Shown here: one piece after another, positions 10,043-19,363 of the stretch | Numbering within the stretch: position 1 is the first letter of the stretch | Layout: each line of letters starts with the position of its first letter | DNA from: Candidatus Micrarchaeota archaeon | Lineage (GTDB): Archaea > Micrarchaeota > Micrarchaeia > Anstonellales > Bilamarchaeaceae | Assembly (NCBI GenBank): GCA_016212525.1 | Contig: JACRGD010000007.1 | Coordinates: forward strand, 134,863 to 198,862 | Length of the DNA stretch: 64,000 bases | Direction: 5' to 3' | Notes under the pieces: generated by a model | Databases searched by the model: none | What the model saw: only the letters and a program-made list of their open reading frames with translations | What the model was told of the DNA's origin: nothing | Program-made: the position numbers and the translations under genes

Positions 10043-11269
10043 TCAGCTGACGATCTGAACATTTGAAAAAGCCACCTTGGGAGAGGAAATGGAACCTTCA
10101 ATCGAAACGCGTTTCTCGCAACCTGCGATATTTTTGAATAGATCAAAAACATTTCCACTTACCATAAAACCGCGTACGGGCAAACGAATGCCCAATCGAT
10201 CGACATGATATGCAGTAGTTACCTCAAGACCAAAATCGCCGTTGGTCGGATTTGCAGTATGTGAGCCATGGGCGGATTCAACTTCAATATACTCGCCCAG
10301 TTCGCCAACATCAGAAAGATTACCAGGAGCAATATGAAGATTTGAATTGCCAATAGCAGGAGGATTTTCATAGGAATTACGACTGCAATTTCCCTCAGCA
10401 GATATACCCTCGAGGGCAGCCGTCTCGCGATCATATAGGAACGAATCGATCCTACCTTTAGTTACTAAAGAGCGTTTTTGTGAAGGCACACCCTCATCGT
10501 CAAAAGGACGACTATTTACTCCAGATGAGAAGGGATCCTCATAAAGACTGAAGTTTGAGCTAAATAGATCTTCGCCAGATTTGAGACGAGTTATCGATCG
10601 ACGCTTCCAATCTCCTGAAAAAGAAGGAAGAAGAATATCAAGAAGACTGTCTATCGATCTGGCATTAAAAACAACAGAGTAGGAACCGGATTTTGGCTTC
10701 TTTGCATCATTCATATCAATTGCCATCTTTAGAGCATGCCGACCCATTCTTGAAACTTCTTTTGGTGCAGTAAAAGAGGAATACTGGGAATAACCAGAAC
10801 CGTTTTTGTAGAGCGCTTCGACAAAAAAAGAAAAATAAGATTTTTTGTATTGCCCAAAGAAACCGCTTGAGTTCTCGAGCCTCAAAAAATCAAAGCCCGC
10901 ACTAAGAAATACCCGGACATTGACACCTTTCTTCAAAGCAGAATCGCGTGCTTCCATAAGTAGATCCCTATAAAGTGAGGGTGAATCCAGATCGAGGGAT
11001 TTGTCAAAAAGAGAAAGTCTTGTGCTCGATCGTTTTGGCGAAAAAGAAAAACGAGTTGGACCTGAAAGTTTTGCAGACTTTCGCGCAGTCGAAATGGCAA
11101 TAGGGATATCTTTTTCATTCTGACAATATGAGAAACCAAGCCGTGAATTTTCCAAAATCCGCAGGCCATAGCCAGAACTCTTTTCGATCTCTTTAGTCTT
11201 AAGTTCACCGCCAGTGTAGCTTAGAGCAAGACCGTCAGAGCTGGAGAAATAGGTTTCCTTTTCAAGCAT
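10043..11269 (-). CDS. TldD/PmbA family protein (PmbA-like)
   Basis: GYGLRILEN, PFDDEGVP and GDFGLEV C-terminal signature. Confidence 0.85.
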   Translation of the reverse strand: MLEKETYFSSSDGLALSYTGGELKTKEIEKSSGYGLRILENSRLGFSYCQNEKDIPIAISTARKSAKLSGPTRFSFSPKRSSTRLSLFDKSLDLDSPSLYRDLLMEARDSALKKGVNVRVFLSAGFDFLRLENSSGFFGQYKKSYFSFFVEALYKNGSGYSQYSSFTAPKEVSRMGRHALKMAIDMNDAKKPKSGSYSVVFNARSIDSLLDILLPSFSGDWKRRSITRLKSGEDLFSSNFSLYEDPFSSGVNSRPFDDEGVPSQKRSLVTKGRIDSFLYDRETAALEGISAEGNCSRNSYENPPAIGNSNLHIAPGNLSDVGELGEYIEVESAHGSHTANPTNGDFGLEVTTAYHVDRLGIRLPVRGFMVSGNVFDLFKNIAGCEKRVSIEGSISSPKVAFSNVQIVS

Positions 11270-11300
11270 GGTTTTAATTGGGGGTGCTGATTTAAAACCG

Positions 11301-11840
11301 ATGAGGATATTTGTGGCGATAGAGCTGCCAGAAGAGATAAAAGAGAAAATCAGTCAAAAATCAGAAGAGTTAGGAAGAAATGGACTACGAAGAACAAGTA
11401 AAGACAAACTCCACATTACACTCAAATTCATCAAAGAGGTAAACGAACAGGAAACTCAGAGAATATGCAAACAACTCGAACAGATTAAACGAACCAGATT
11501 CTCACTAAGGATCGCTGGGTTCGGAGCTTTCCCAGATACAAAGCGAGTTAGGGTAATCTGGATAGGGTTAGAGAACAACAATGAATTACAAACATTAGTA
11601 CAAGACATAGAAAATAGCATCGTAGAAAAAGAAAGCCAAAAGGAAGAGAAATTCGTACCTCATATAACCATTGCGAGAACGCGAACAAATCAGCAGAACA
11701 AAAAAATAATGGAATTTCTCAATAAGAACAAAAACGAGTTTTTTGGAGAGTTTGAAGTTAAGGAATTTGTACTAATGGAAAGCATACCCAGGATAGACAG
11801 ATATGAATACCGCGAGATTCAAAAATTTCAGCTAAGATAA
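11301..11840 (+). CDS. thpR: RNA 2',3'-cyclic phosphodiesterase (2H family)
   Basis: MRIFVAIELP start and two HxT motifs (LHITLKF, PHITIAR). Confidence 0.92.
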   Translation: MRIFVAIELPEEIKEKISQKSEELGRNGLRRTSKDKLHITLKFIKEVNEQETQRICKQLEQIKRTRFSLRIAGFGAFPDTKRVRVIWIGLENNNELQTLVQDIENSIVEKESQKEEKFVPHITIARTRTNQQNKKIMEFLNKNKNEFFGEFEVKEFVLMESIPRIDRYEYREIQKFQLR

Positions 11841-11846
11841 GGAAGC

Positions 11847-12620
11847 ATGAGAATAATTTCACTTGCTCCGTCAAACACAGAGATAATATTTGCACTTGGC
11901 TCTGGAGATGAACTTGTCGGTCGCACAGCATATTGTGATTTTCCTAGTGCGACAAAGAACATAGGGAAGGTTGGAGACTGGACAAAACCAGACATAAGTA
12001 AAATCAAGGCACTCAAACCAGACCTGATCCTAACCTCAACAATAGTTCAGAAAAAATTAGCCATCGAACTGGAAGAAGACCATAAACTCCCAGCGATACA
12101 TATCGAAGTAGATCGGCTCTCAGGAGTAATTCAGAGTTTTGCCAAAATAGGAGCGCTCATATCAAAGGAAGAGGAGGCCAAAAAACTCACAGCAGAATTC
12201 CTTCTCCAACTAGCACAAATACGACTTGCCAATCAAGAACGAGAAACAAGACCACGGATATATGTCGAAGAGTGGCACAAACCACCATTTGGGAGCGGGA
12301 ACTGGGTTGGGGAGTTAGTCCAGATCGCTGGCGGAGAGTACTTCCCGATCAAAGCAGGCGAGAGAAGTAGGGAAATTAACGATGAAGAAATACAGAAGTT
12401 CGATCCAGAGCTGATTTTTGTCTCCATCTGCGGACTTGGAAACAGGGTATCTAAGGAACTGATTACAAAGAGAAAGAGTTGGCGAGAACTAAACGCAGTA
12501 AAAAATGACAAAATAGTCATACTGGACGATTCGCTTCTGAATCGGCCTGGACCAAGACTGATTATCGGGGCCAGAACAATAAGCAACGAAATAGAAAAAA
12601 TCAGAATCAAAAGAAAATAG
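11847..12620 (+). CDS. Cobalamin/iron-type ABC substrate-binding protein (BtuF-like)
   Basis: MRIISLAPSNTEIIFALG, LKPDLIL and LNRPGPRL motifs; no permease gene nearby. Confidence 0.85.
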   Translation: MRIISLAPSNTEIIFALGSGDELVGRTAYCDFPSATKNIGKVGDWTKPDISKIKALKPDLILTSTIVQKKLAIELEEDHKLPAIHIEVDRLSGVIQSFAKIGALISKEEEAKKLTAEFLLQLAQIRLANQERETRPRIYVEEWHKPPFGSGNWVGELVQIAGGEYFPIKAGERSREINDEEIQKFDPELIFVSICGLGNRVSKELITKRKSWRELNAVKNDKIVILDDSLLNRPGPRLIIGARTISNEIEKIRIKRK

Positions 12621-12663
12621 AATAATAAAATAAACAAAAAAATAATAAAAAATAATTTTAACT

Positions 12664-13560
12664 CTAGTAGGTTACCTTGCTCAACAAGTCATTGAATGCA
12701 GGATATGAATATGCACCTGCAATAAAGACGACGTACTCATTTGAGTTCTCAAAGAGCTCAAATTGATTCGCAGAGACAACCGAGTTCAAAACAGAAGATG
12801 AGATCTTGTTCTTTGGAATGATTACAAAGAAACCTGGAGTTCCCTGAACACCATAAGATCTTCCTTCAGAAATGTCGCTGGAGATTGCACTGTCGAATCG
12901 AGTCGAGTTCAAACAGGTTGCAAAGGTAGCATTGTTCAAACCGATTTCAGTTGCATAACCAGTGAAGGTAGCATGCGGATCTGATGAATCGGACCAGGCT
13001 TCCTGAGTTGCAAACAATTTCTTTTGCATTAGCCAGAATTTACCCTGATCATTTGCACATCTTCCTGCAACTGCTGCAAGAGGAGCATTTGGATGTAATT
13101 GAACAAGTGGGAAGTCCCTAAAGTACAATTTTACTTTTCCAGTATTCACATAATCAGTTTCAATCTTTGGAACTGCAGGAGCATAGGATGGATCTCTGCC
13201 CTTAAGATAGGCAACTGCTGCCTGGTTAGTTCCTTCAGCGGCACCACAGAATGGACACTGGAAGTCTGAGAATTCAACGATCGTAACCGGAGCACTTTCC
13301 TGGCCCAAAACCGGAAGCACACCCTTAGAAACAGTCAGGGTTTGTGGAGCCGATGGAGTTGGGTTAGTTGGAGTTGGATTTGATGGAGTTGGGTTACTAG
13401 GAGTCGGAGCAGTAACAACCGGAGCAGTCGTAACTGCCGGCTTAACAATTCCAAAGCCCGAAGTAAACACCGAAACTACAAGCAGAATCGCCAAAAACGC
13501 AATAATTGTTCCGTAAAATACATCTTTGCTGACAGTAGCACTGCCACTATTGTTTTCCAA
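12664..13560 (-). CDS. DsbA-family thioredoxin-fold protein with N-terminal TM anchor and Pro/Thr linker
   Basis: EFSDFQCPFC active site, FRDFPL, GVQGTPGF; TTG start preceded by GAGGTG. Confidence 0.9.
   Translation of the reverse strand: MENNSGSATVSKDVFYGTIIAFLAILLVVSVFTSGFGIVKPAVTTAPVVTAPTPSNPTPSNPTPTNPTPSAPQTLTVSKGVLPVLGQESAPVTIVEFSDFQCPFCGAAEGTNQAAVAYLKGRDPSYAPAVPKIETDYVNTGKVKLYFRDFPLVQLHPNAPLAAVAGRCANDQGKFWLMQKKLFATQEAWSDSSDPHATFTGYATEIGLNNATFATCLNSTRFDSAISSDISEGRSYGVQGTPGFFVIIPKNKISSSVLNSVVSANQFELFENSNEYVVFIAGAYSYPAFNDLLSKVTY
13352..13410 (-). repeat. Imperfect 15-nt tandem repeat encoding (P-S/T-N-P-T)n linker in DsbA
   Basis: Protein reads APTPSNPTPSNPTPTNPTPSAP; DNA shows repeated tggagttgggtt-like units. 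Confidence 0.8.
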
Positions 13561-13654
13561 AATATCACCTCAATTAGATATAGACCATTTAACAATAGGG
13601 TTTTTCTTATTTAAATCTTTGGAAATACAGAGGTAAAGCCCAAATCCACCTGAA

Positions 13655-14602
13655 TCAGCGAGAAATGAAGAAAGTATTACGATATACCGAAAGTGCAGCT
13701 TCAGCCTTAGTAAGCGCCTCTATGAATGAATCAAAACCATCGAATCGTCGCTCTGGATCTGGTTCAAGGGCCTTGGCAACTACAGGTGCCAAAATAGGCG
13801 AGAGATTTAAAGGCAAAGAAACCGGAACATTGCGTTTTTTAATCATCACTTGTGGAGCGCTCAGATGACGGCCGAGTTCAGTATCAAAAAAAGAAGAACC
13901 GCCATGCATGACAACCGCCAGAATAAATGCGAGAGTGTGGATTTCTGAACGAACAGAAGAAGGATTACCATCTACAACCTCAGGAGCCATATAGGTAGGA
14001 GATCCTAGAACCAGCCTTGAAGATTCTGGAAGGAAGTGTGGATTTGAAATATCGTCCCTGGAACTAAGAAGACGCGCAATATTAAAATCAAAAATAACAG
14101 GCCCCAATCCAGGAACCATGAAAATATTTGCAGGCTTTAGATCCCGATGATGAATTCCTGCTTTTTCGAAAGAGGCGGCTGCCTGAGCCAGCCGAGCACC
14201 AAGACGTGCAATTTTTGGAGGACTAAATCCCCGAAAAGCCGGATCGTCAAGAACTTCATCAAGAGTAGGATAACGCATCAATGGGAAAACCAAAAATACA
14301 GGATCATTAGACGCATCAAAATCCATAAGAGGCACAAATCGACGAGGCTTGGAATCATCAATAGCACCGAGCTCGAGTAGTACCTGCGCCTCGTGATAAA
14401 AATACTTCGAAGATTTGGGACCAACACATATTTTCAGGGCAACCTGCTCACCTGTGTCAATGTTTCTGGCTTGATGAACTACCGAATATCCTCCTCCGCC
14501 CAAAAAAGTGCCAGTATGATAAGATCCTGTCTTAGACTGGAACGTAACATTAGCATACCGAAGCTCGATGAGTGAAGCAGCTATAGACCTACGAGTAGTC
14601 AT
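13655..14602 (-). CDS. Hanks-type Ser/Thr protein kinase (stand-alone catalytic domain)
   Basis: LGGGGYSVV, VALK, HRDLKPAN, DFN (DFG variant) and GSPTYMAPE. Confidence 0.92.
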   Translation of the reverse strand: MTTRRSIAASLIELRYANVTFQSKTGSYHTGTFLGGGGYSVVHQARNIDTGEQVALKICVGPKSSKYFYHEAQVLLELGAIDDSKPRRFVPLMDFDASNDPVFLVFPLMRYPTLDEVLDDPAFRGFSPPKIARLGARLAQAAASFEKAGIHHRDLKPANIFMVPGLGPVIFDFNIARLLSSRDDISNPHFLPESSRLVLGSPTYMAPEVVDGNPSSVRSEIHTLAFILAVVMHGGSSFFDTELGRHLSAPQVMIKKRNVPVSLPLNLSPILAPVVAKALEPDPERRFDGFDSFIEALTKAEAALSVYRNTFFISR

Positions 14603-14716
14603 AAAGTAATATTTTCTATAACAGTTTAAAAGACTATGGAACAGGAAAAATAGAAAAAACGATCAGATAAAGCACAGAAAAGCAAAAAATTAATAGAAAG
14701 AAGGAGAAATTGAGAC

Positions 14717-15412
14717 ATGACATCATTAGATAAAGCAATAATTGCATTCTATGAAAAAGCAGGATTGCGATTCGAACTTTATGTAGATCCGGATAACGCA
14801 TATGCATACGTGGAAAAAAGAAAACCGGACATAAAAAACATACTTGTTTCCGAGGAATTGTACGCAGATGCGCGTAAAGGAGAAAAGGCAAAGGCATCAG
14901 ACGTTCAGAAGATATTTGGAACAAGCGACATAATGAAGATCCTCGAATTTATATTAAGAAACGGGCAGGTACAACTGACGACGGAACAGAAAAGGAAGAA
15001 GGTCGAGGAAAAATGGAAACAGATAATAACAATAATAGCCCGTGAATCTATCGACCCGCGAACAAATGCACCGCACCCGCCCCAGAGAATCGAAAACGCA
15101 ATGGAACAGGCAGGGATACATGTCGATCCATTCAAAGATCCCAGAGAACAGTTGGACGATGTGATAAAGGAACTTCGACCAATAATACCGCTTAAATTCC
15201 AAAAGGTCAGAATAGCAATAAAGATACCTGCAGAATTTTCGCACAAATGCTACGGAACACTCAAGAATTACGGAATACAGAAGGAAGAATGGGGGTCAAA
15301 GGGCGATCTTATGGTAGTAGTGGAGATATTCGGGGGACTACAGGGAGAATTCTATGATAAGTTGAATAAACTCACAGCAGGAGCAGTTGAAACAAAATTA
15401 TTACCCAGTTAA
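14717..15412 (+). CDS. Ribosome maturation factor SBDS/Sdo1
   Basis: RFELYVDP, GQVQLTTEQKR and IDPRTNAPHPPQRIENAM. Confidence 0.96.
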   Translation: MTSLDKAIIAFYEKAGLRFELYVDPDNAYAYVEKRKPDIKNILVSEELYADARKGEKAKASDVQKIFGTSDIMKILEFILRNGQVQLTTEQKRKKVEEKWKQIITIIARESIDPRTNAPHPPQRIENAMEQAGIHVDPFKDPREQLDDVIKELRPIIPLKFQKVRIAIKIPAEFSHKCYGTLKNYGIQKEEWGSKGDLMVVVEIFGGLQGEFYDKLNKLTAGAVETKLLPS

Positions 15413-15482
15413 ATTATAAGAGCAAGAAAACAGAACACGATAAAGAGAAAAACAGAAAAGGAAATAGAAATTAAGGAGCAAG

Positions 15483-15725
15483 TTACTTCTTTGAGGAGGG
15501 GGACTTCCTCAATTGAATTCGACACAAACTAGTTTTTATTACAAAAACCAATCCGGTCATAAGAAGCAATAATGGAACTGCCATCCTCAAATCCACACCA
15601 CTTAAAAGATTTAATTGGACTGGAATTGCCAACAAACCAAAAGACATCAGAAGATATCCTGGTAGATGGGAATGCTTCTCGTGACAGCCGTGGCCGCACA
15701 CGCACGATTTTGAGCCGGAACTCAA
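15483..15725 (-). CDS. Small membrane protein with Cys/His-rich N-terminus
   Basis: 80 aa; CVCGHGCHEKH followed by two hydrophobic helices. Confidence 0.6.
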   Translation of the reverse strand: MSSGSKSCVCGHGCHEKHSHLPGYLLMSFGLLAIPVQLNLLSGVDLRMAVPLLLLMTGLVFVIKTSLCRIQLRKSPSSKK

Positions 15726-15861
15726 AACCTTCTCCTTTTGTTGCGTAGAAAGTTTTTTCTTCTTGGGGGATACTATTTAATCACCTGGTCGGTATTATTC
15801 TCGAAGGAAACATTTATATATTATATGTACAAAAAAGGCGTAAAAACAGGAGATAAAAGAC

Positions 15862-16404
15862 CTAAAACGGCCGAGCAAATATAATACTAAAACAGATAGG
15901 CGATACCAAAAGGCCAAGAAGGCACAAAAATAAGTACTTTAGAAACTCCAAAAACAGAAAAGTAACCAGCTCCTTGCTAAACTGAGAATTATTTAACTTA
16001 CTCACAACTTTTTGACTAAACAGAATCAGAAGGAGTAGGATCAGGGAACTTGACTCAAGAAGAAAGAGGAATAGAATGCCAGGAGAGATAACAAAGGACA
16101 AAATAAGTTGAAGCTTATTAGTAAGTAATGGATAAAGTATTGATAGAAGGCCAATACTAAAGAAAACGTAAATAAGTGCCTTTGTATTTTGAGCAGTGTA
16201 ATCCCCAAAATATTCATTCTCTTTTACAAAATTGGAACGAAGAATAAGCTGCCAGATCGCAAAAGAGACCAAATAAAAGACGAAAAAATAGAAGTAGTTG
16301 ACTGTATTAATAAACGAGAATGCCGCTTGAAACAGATCCATAAGGATGAATAATGACTTTATAATTAAAAATAGAGAACCCAAACTACGAGAGATAACAG
16401 TCAA
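15862..16404 (-). CDS. Polytopic membrane protein, unknown function
   Basis: 180 aa, about four hydrophobic Phe/Leu-rich segments; start uncertain. Confidence 0.55.
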   Translation of the reverse strand: MTVISRSLGSLFLIIKSLFILMDLFQAAFSFINTVNYFYFFVFYLVSFAIWQLILRSNFVKENEYFGDYTAQNTKALIYVFFSIGLLSILYPLLTNKLQLILSFVISPGILFLFLLESSSLILLLLILFSQKVVSKLNNSQFSKELVTFLFLEFLKYLFLCLLGLLVSPICFSIIFARPF

Positions 16405-16446
16405 TAGACGAAACCCATTTAAACAGTTAGCGAAATTTATAAAGGC

Positions 16447-17136
16447 ATGGAAAAAGTGAAAATGGAAATAGCTGGAGAGATAGCGCTGTCTGCTGATCCG
16501 GGAGGAACAATGCGCAAATGGCGTGAGATCTTTAGTATTTCCCAGGTCGAATTATCACGCCACCTAGGCATAACAGTATCGACAATTAGTGATTATGAGG
16601 GAAACCGGAGAAAATCACCAGGAACCGCAGTCATAAAAAGATTCGTGGATGCCATCTTTGATATAGATAAGATCAAAGGAGGCAGCATAACTCAGAAATT
16701 AACGGAAAAACAAAAACCAGTAAGCGAATATTTCGAAGTTCATGAATTTGCAAGATCGATTTCGCTTAAGGATTTTGTAAAATTAATTGGTGGTGAGGTC
16801 ATAACACACCACGACATGATCGAATCGAAAAAGATCTATGGCTACACACTGATCGACAGTATAAAGGTCATATTGGAAATGCCATTTTCATATTTCCAGA
16901 ATCTTTATGGTAATGTTAACGAACGCGTCTTTATCTTCACAGGAGTAAGCACAGGACGAAGCCCGCTGGTCGTGGTTAGAGTAAGTTCATCAAAACCATC
17001 CGCAATTGTACTTCACAACATCGATGCCTCAAGTGTCGATAAACTGGCAGTTAAGATATCCGAAAAAGAGCGCATTCCACTCATAATAACCAACACGAGC
17101 GTCGAAGCCATCAAGGATGTCCTTAATCGAATCTAA
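16447..17136 (+). CDS. XRE-type HTH transcriptional regulator with DRTGG-like C-terminal domain (conserved archaeal family)
   Basis: IAGEIALS, PGGTMRKWREIF, ISDYEGNRRKSPG and GVSTGRSPLV. Confidence 0.85.
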   Translation: MEKVKMEIAGEIALSADPGGTMRKWREIFSISQVELSRHLGITVSTISDYEGNRRKSPGTAVIKRFVDAIFDIDKIKGGSITQKLTEKQKPVSEYFEVHEFARSISLKDFVKLIGGEVITHHDMIESKKIYGYTLIDSIKVILEMPFSYFQNLYGNVNERVFIFTGVSTGRSPLVVVRVSSSKPSAIVLHNIDASSVDKLAVKISEKERIPLIITNTSVEAIKDVLNRI

Positions 17137-17209
17137 AAGAACGCCTTTTTATTTCTTTTTCCACAAGAACATAGTAAAATCATAAGAGATCCAGATAGGT
17201 TTCTAAAAT

Positions 17210-17282
17210 AGTCCCGTCGTCTAGTGGTCAAGGATAGGGGGTTCTGGACCCTCTGACGGTGGTTCGAATCCGCCCGGGACTA
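17210..17282 (+). tRNA. tRNA-Gln(CUG)
   Basis: Acceptor AGTCCCG/CGGGACT, anticodon loop TT-CTG-GA, T-loop GTTCGAATCC; no encoded CCA. Confidence 0.96.
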
Positions 17283-17343
17283 CTAATTTTATAGACAATG
17301 CATACGTGAGATTAATTAAAATCTTTCAGGATAAGATTAATTC

Positions 17344-17730
17344 ATGCAGATAACAGACGCTCAACTGATTGAAAGGGCAAAAGCAATCTTAAAGCCAAGA
17401 AAGATCAGACATAACATGACGATTGGGGATGTCGGATGTGCACTATTGAGTGATAGTGGAACGATCTATCTTGGCGTATGCATGGAGATTGTTTGTGGAA
17501 TTGGATTTTGTGCCGAACACAGTGCGATTGCAGCAATGGTTACTGCAGGAGAGCAAAAGATAAAGAAAATAGTCGCAGTTTCTGAGTATGGAATTGTACC
17601 TCCCTGCGGAAGATGTCGAGAATTCATATCCCAGATTCATGAAGAAAACATGAACACTTTAGTAATCATTGGAAAAGACAAAGTAGTGAAACTAAAGGAA
17701 TTGCTCCCATATTGCTGGGACAGTAAATGA
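17344..17730 (+). CDS. cdd: Cytidine deaminase family protein
   Basis: FCAEHSAIA and PPCGRCRE zinc motifs. Confidence 0.85.
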   Translation: MQITDAQLIERAKAILKPRKIRHNMTIGDVGCALLSDSGTIYLGVCMEIVCGIGFCAEHSAIAAMVTAGEQKIKKIVAVSEYGIVPPCGRCREFISQIHEENMNTLVIIGKDKVVKLKELLPYCWDSK

Positions 17731-17792
17731 ATTCAACTACGGAAATAAATGAGGCAAAAAACAATCTTGTTCTTGAACTGAAATCTTCAAGA

Positions 17793-18614
17793 TCAGACAG
17801 AACAGAAAATTCCCTTTCGCTTTTCGAGAATCTCACCGCTTTCAGCCATTAAATGCAGGATAGCACTCGCACCATCGACATCAAGTTTGGAGGCAACTGC
17901 AATAGAGGCAACATCCATATCCTCCTTTAGAATCTTGTTGATGCTCATGCGACCGTTTTCGAAATAAGTTCTTGTTACGAGGTAAACTTTCCCGTCAAAA
18001 CCCTTAATGCCAACAACATGGCCACTTTTGAGCTCGGAAGCGAGTTTATCGGAAACGACCCGGGCCTCATTTTTATCCACAATAACTACAAAACCCTTAG
18101 ACCGCAGAAGAACTTCGGGCGCAGTCGCCGAGCTGGCAGAAACTGGAGAAGATGACGAAGAGGAACCGTTGGTTGCAACTCTAACCGCAGACGTGCCGGA
18201 GGGAATCTGCACCATTTGAGAATACGCAGAGTCATTGATGTTATAGACGCCATCCCTGTACTTGATCCCCTTGAATATATTGACAAAACCACGGCGCTCG
18301 ATTTCTTTTAAGATTAACTTTTCTTCATCAGTTAGTGATTTGGAAACCTGCTCAGGAGTTCGATTCTCAAAACGGATCGACATGAGTTTCTTAAGAACAG
18401 CACGCTGTTGATCAGACATCTGAGTGGAGATTGTCGGGGGTTTAACAGGAGCAGAAACAGATTTTGGGACAGTAGAAACCGTTTTAGCCGCAAGAGGAAG
18501 AGAGATGAGATAAAAACCATCTTTCAATTTAAAGAGTTCGAGTTCTTCGAACGAGATTAAATCTGGCGGCAGCTCCAGATAACACTTATCGTTTTGTTTG
18601 ATAACTCGAACCAT
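17793..18614 (-). CDS. Hypothetical protein
   Basis: 273-aa ORF filling the gap; Ser/Pro-rich linkers between compact domains; the C-terminus looks wHTH-like. Confidence 0.7.
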   Translation of the reverse strand: MVRVIKQNDKCYLELPPDLISFEELELFKLKDGFYLISLPLAAKTVSTVPKSVSAPVKPPTISTQMSDQQRAVLKKLMSIRFENRTPEQVSKSLTDEEKLILKEIERRGFVNIFKGIKYRDGVYNINDSAYSQMVQIPSGTSAVRVATNGSSSSSSPVSASSATAPEVLLRSKGFVVIVDKNEARVVSDKLASELKSGHVVGIKGFDGKVYLVTRTYFENGRMSINKILKEDMDVASIAVASKLDVDGASAILHLMAESGEILEKRKGIFCSV

Positions 18615-18674
18615 ATACTTAGAATAGGATTTTGTATTTTAAATCGCTTTGTGTAGAAAAGAAGAAAATGAAGA

Positions 18675-19214
18675 TTATTTTGCCTTTCTCGGGATTGTAG
18701 CTGTAAAAGCAGGAAGTGCACGTTCAGTAGGATCGGGATTTCTGATTCTAACTCCAGATGGAGTCTGAGACCTAAGAATCACACCAGTAGTTCGATCGGA
18801 TGCAGATTCGAGAAGAGAAAGAGCGTCTTTTGCCTTTGAAGCAAATACACTTATGGAACTCTGGGCCAGAGATCCGAGGCCTTTAGTAGCCACATCTCTA
18901 ATTCGGTCAGAGGTGTCTTTGTCAAAAAGATCGTTCGAAACAAAGGCCTCACTCAAAAGCGCTTTGGCAAGGAGGCCAATAGAAACCGCATGGGCTTCAG
19001 GTTGCACATGACCATCACCACGATTCAGATGTCCAAAATCCAACGGAGAAAATTCTGCAGGTTTGGGAGGCACATATGACAAGAGACGAACTAGCGCACC
19101 GAGAGTATTATCGATAAAAATTCTCTGTGCCGAAATGGCACCATATTGACCAGTTAGTTCAGAATAGGTCTGAGTAACAAGTAACGCAATAGGATCAGAT
19201 TTATCTGGAGTCAT
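18675..19214 (-). CDS. Hypothetical orphan protein
   Basis: 179-aa ORF with its own upstream TTTAAA box; no recognisable motif. Confidence 0.65.
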   Translation of the reverse strand: MTPDKSDPIALLVTQTYSELTGQYGAISAQRIFIDNTLGALVRLLSYVPPKPAEFSPLDFGHLNRGDGHVQPEAHAVSIGLLAKALLSEAFVSNDLFDKDTSDRIRDVATKGLGSLAQSSISVFASKAKDALSLLESASDRTTGVILRSQTPSGVRIRNPDPTERALPAFTATIPRKAK

Positions 19215-19363
19215 TTTTTCAACCTTTTTATGTTTGAGAGTCTAGAAATAGTTGTTTAATATAGACAGATGCGTATTTAAAGTCAACGAAAAGAGTTGAG
19301 AGGTCGAGAACTACAAGTTACGTCAGTTTATAAAAACTAAACAACAAATAGAATTCTGATTTT

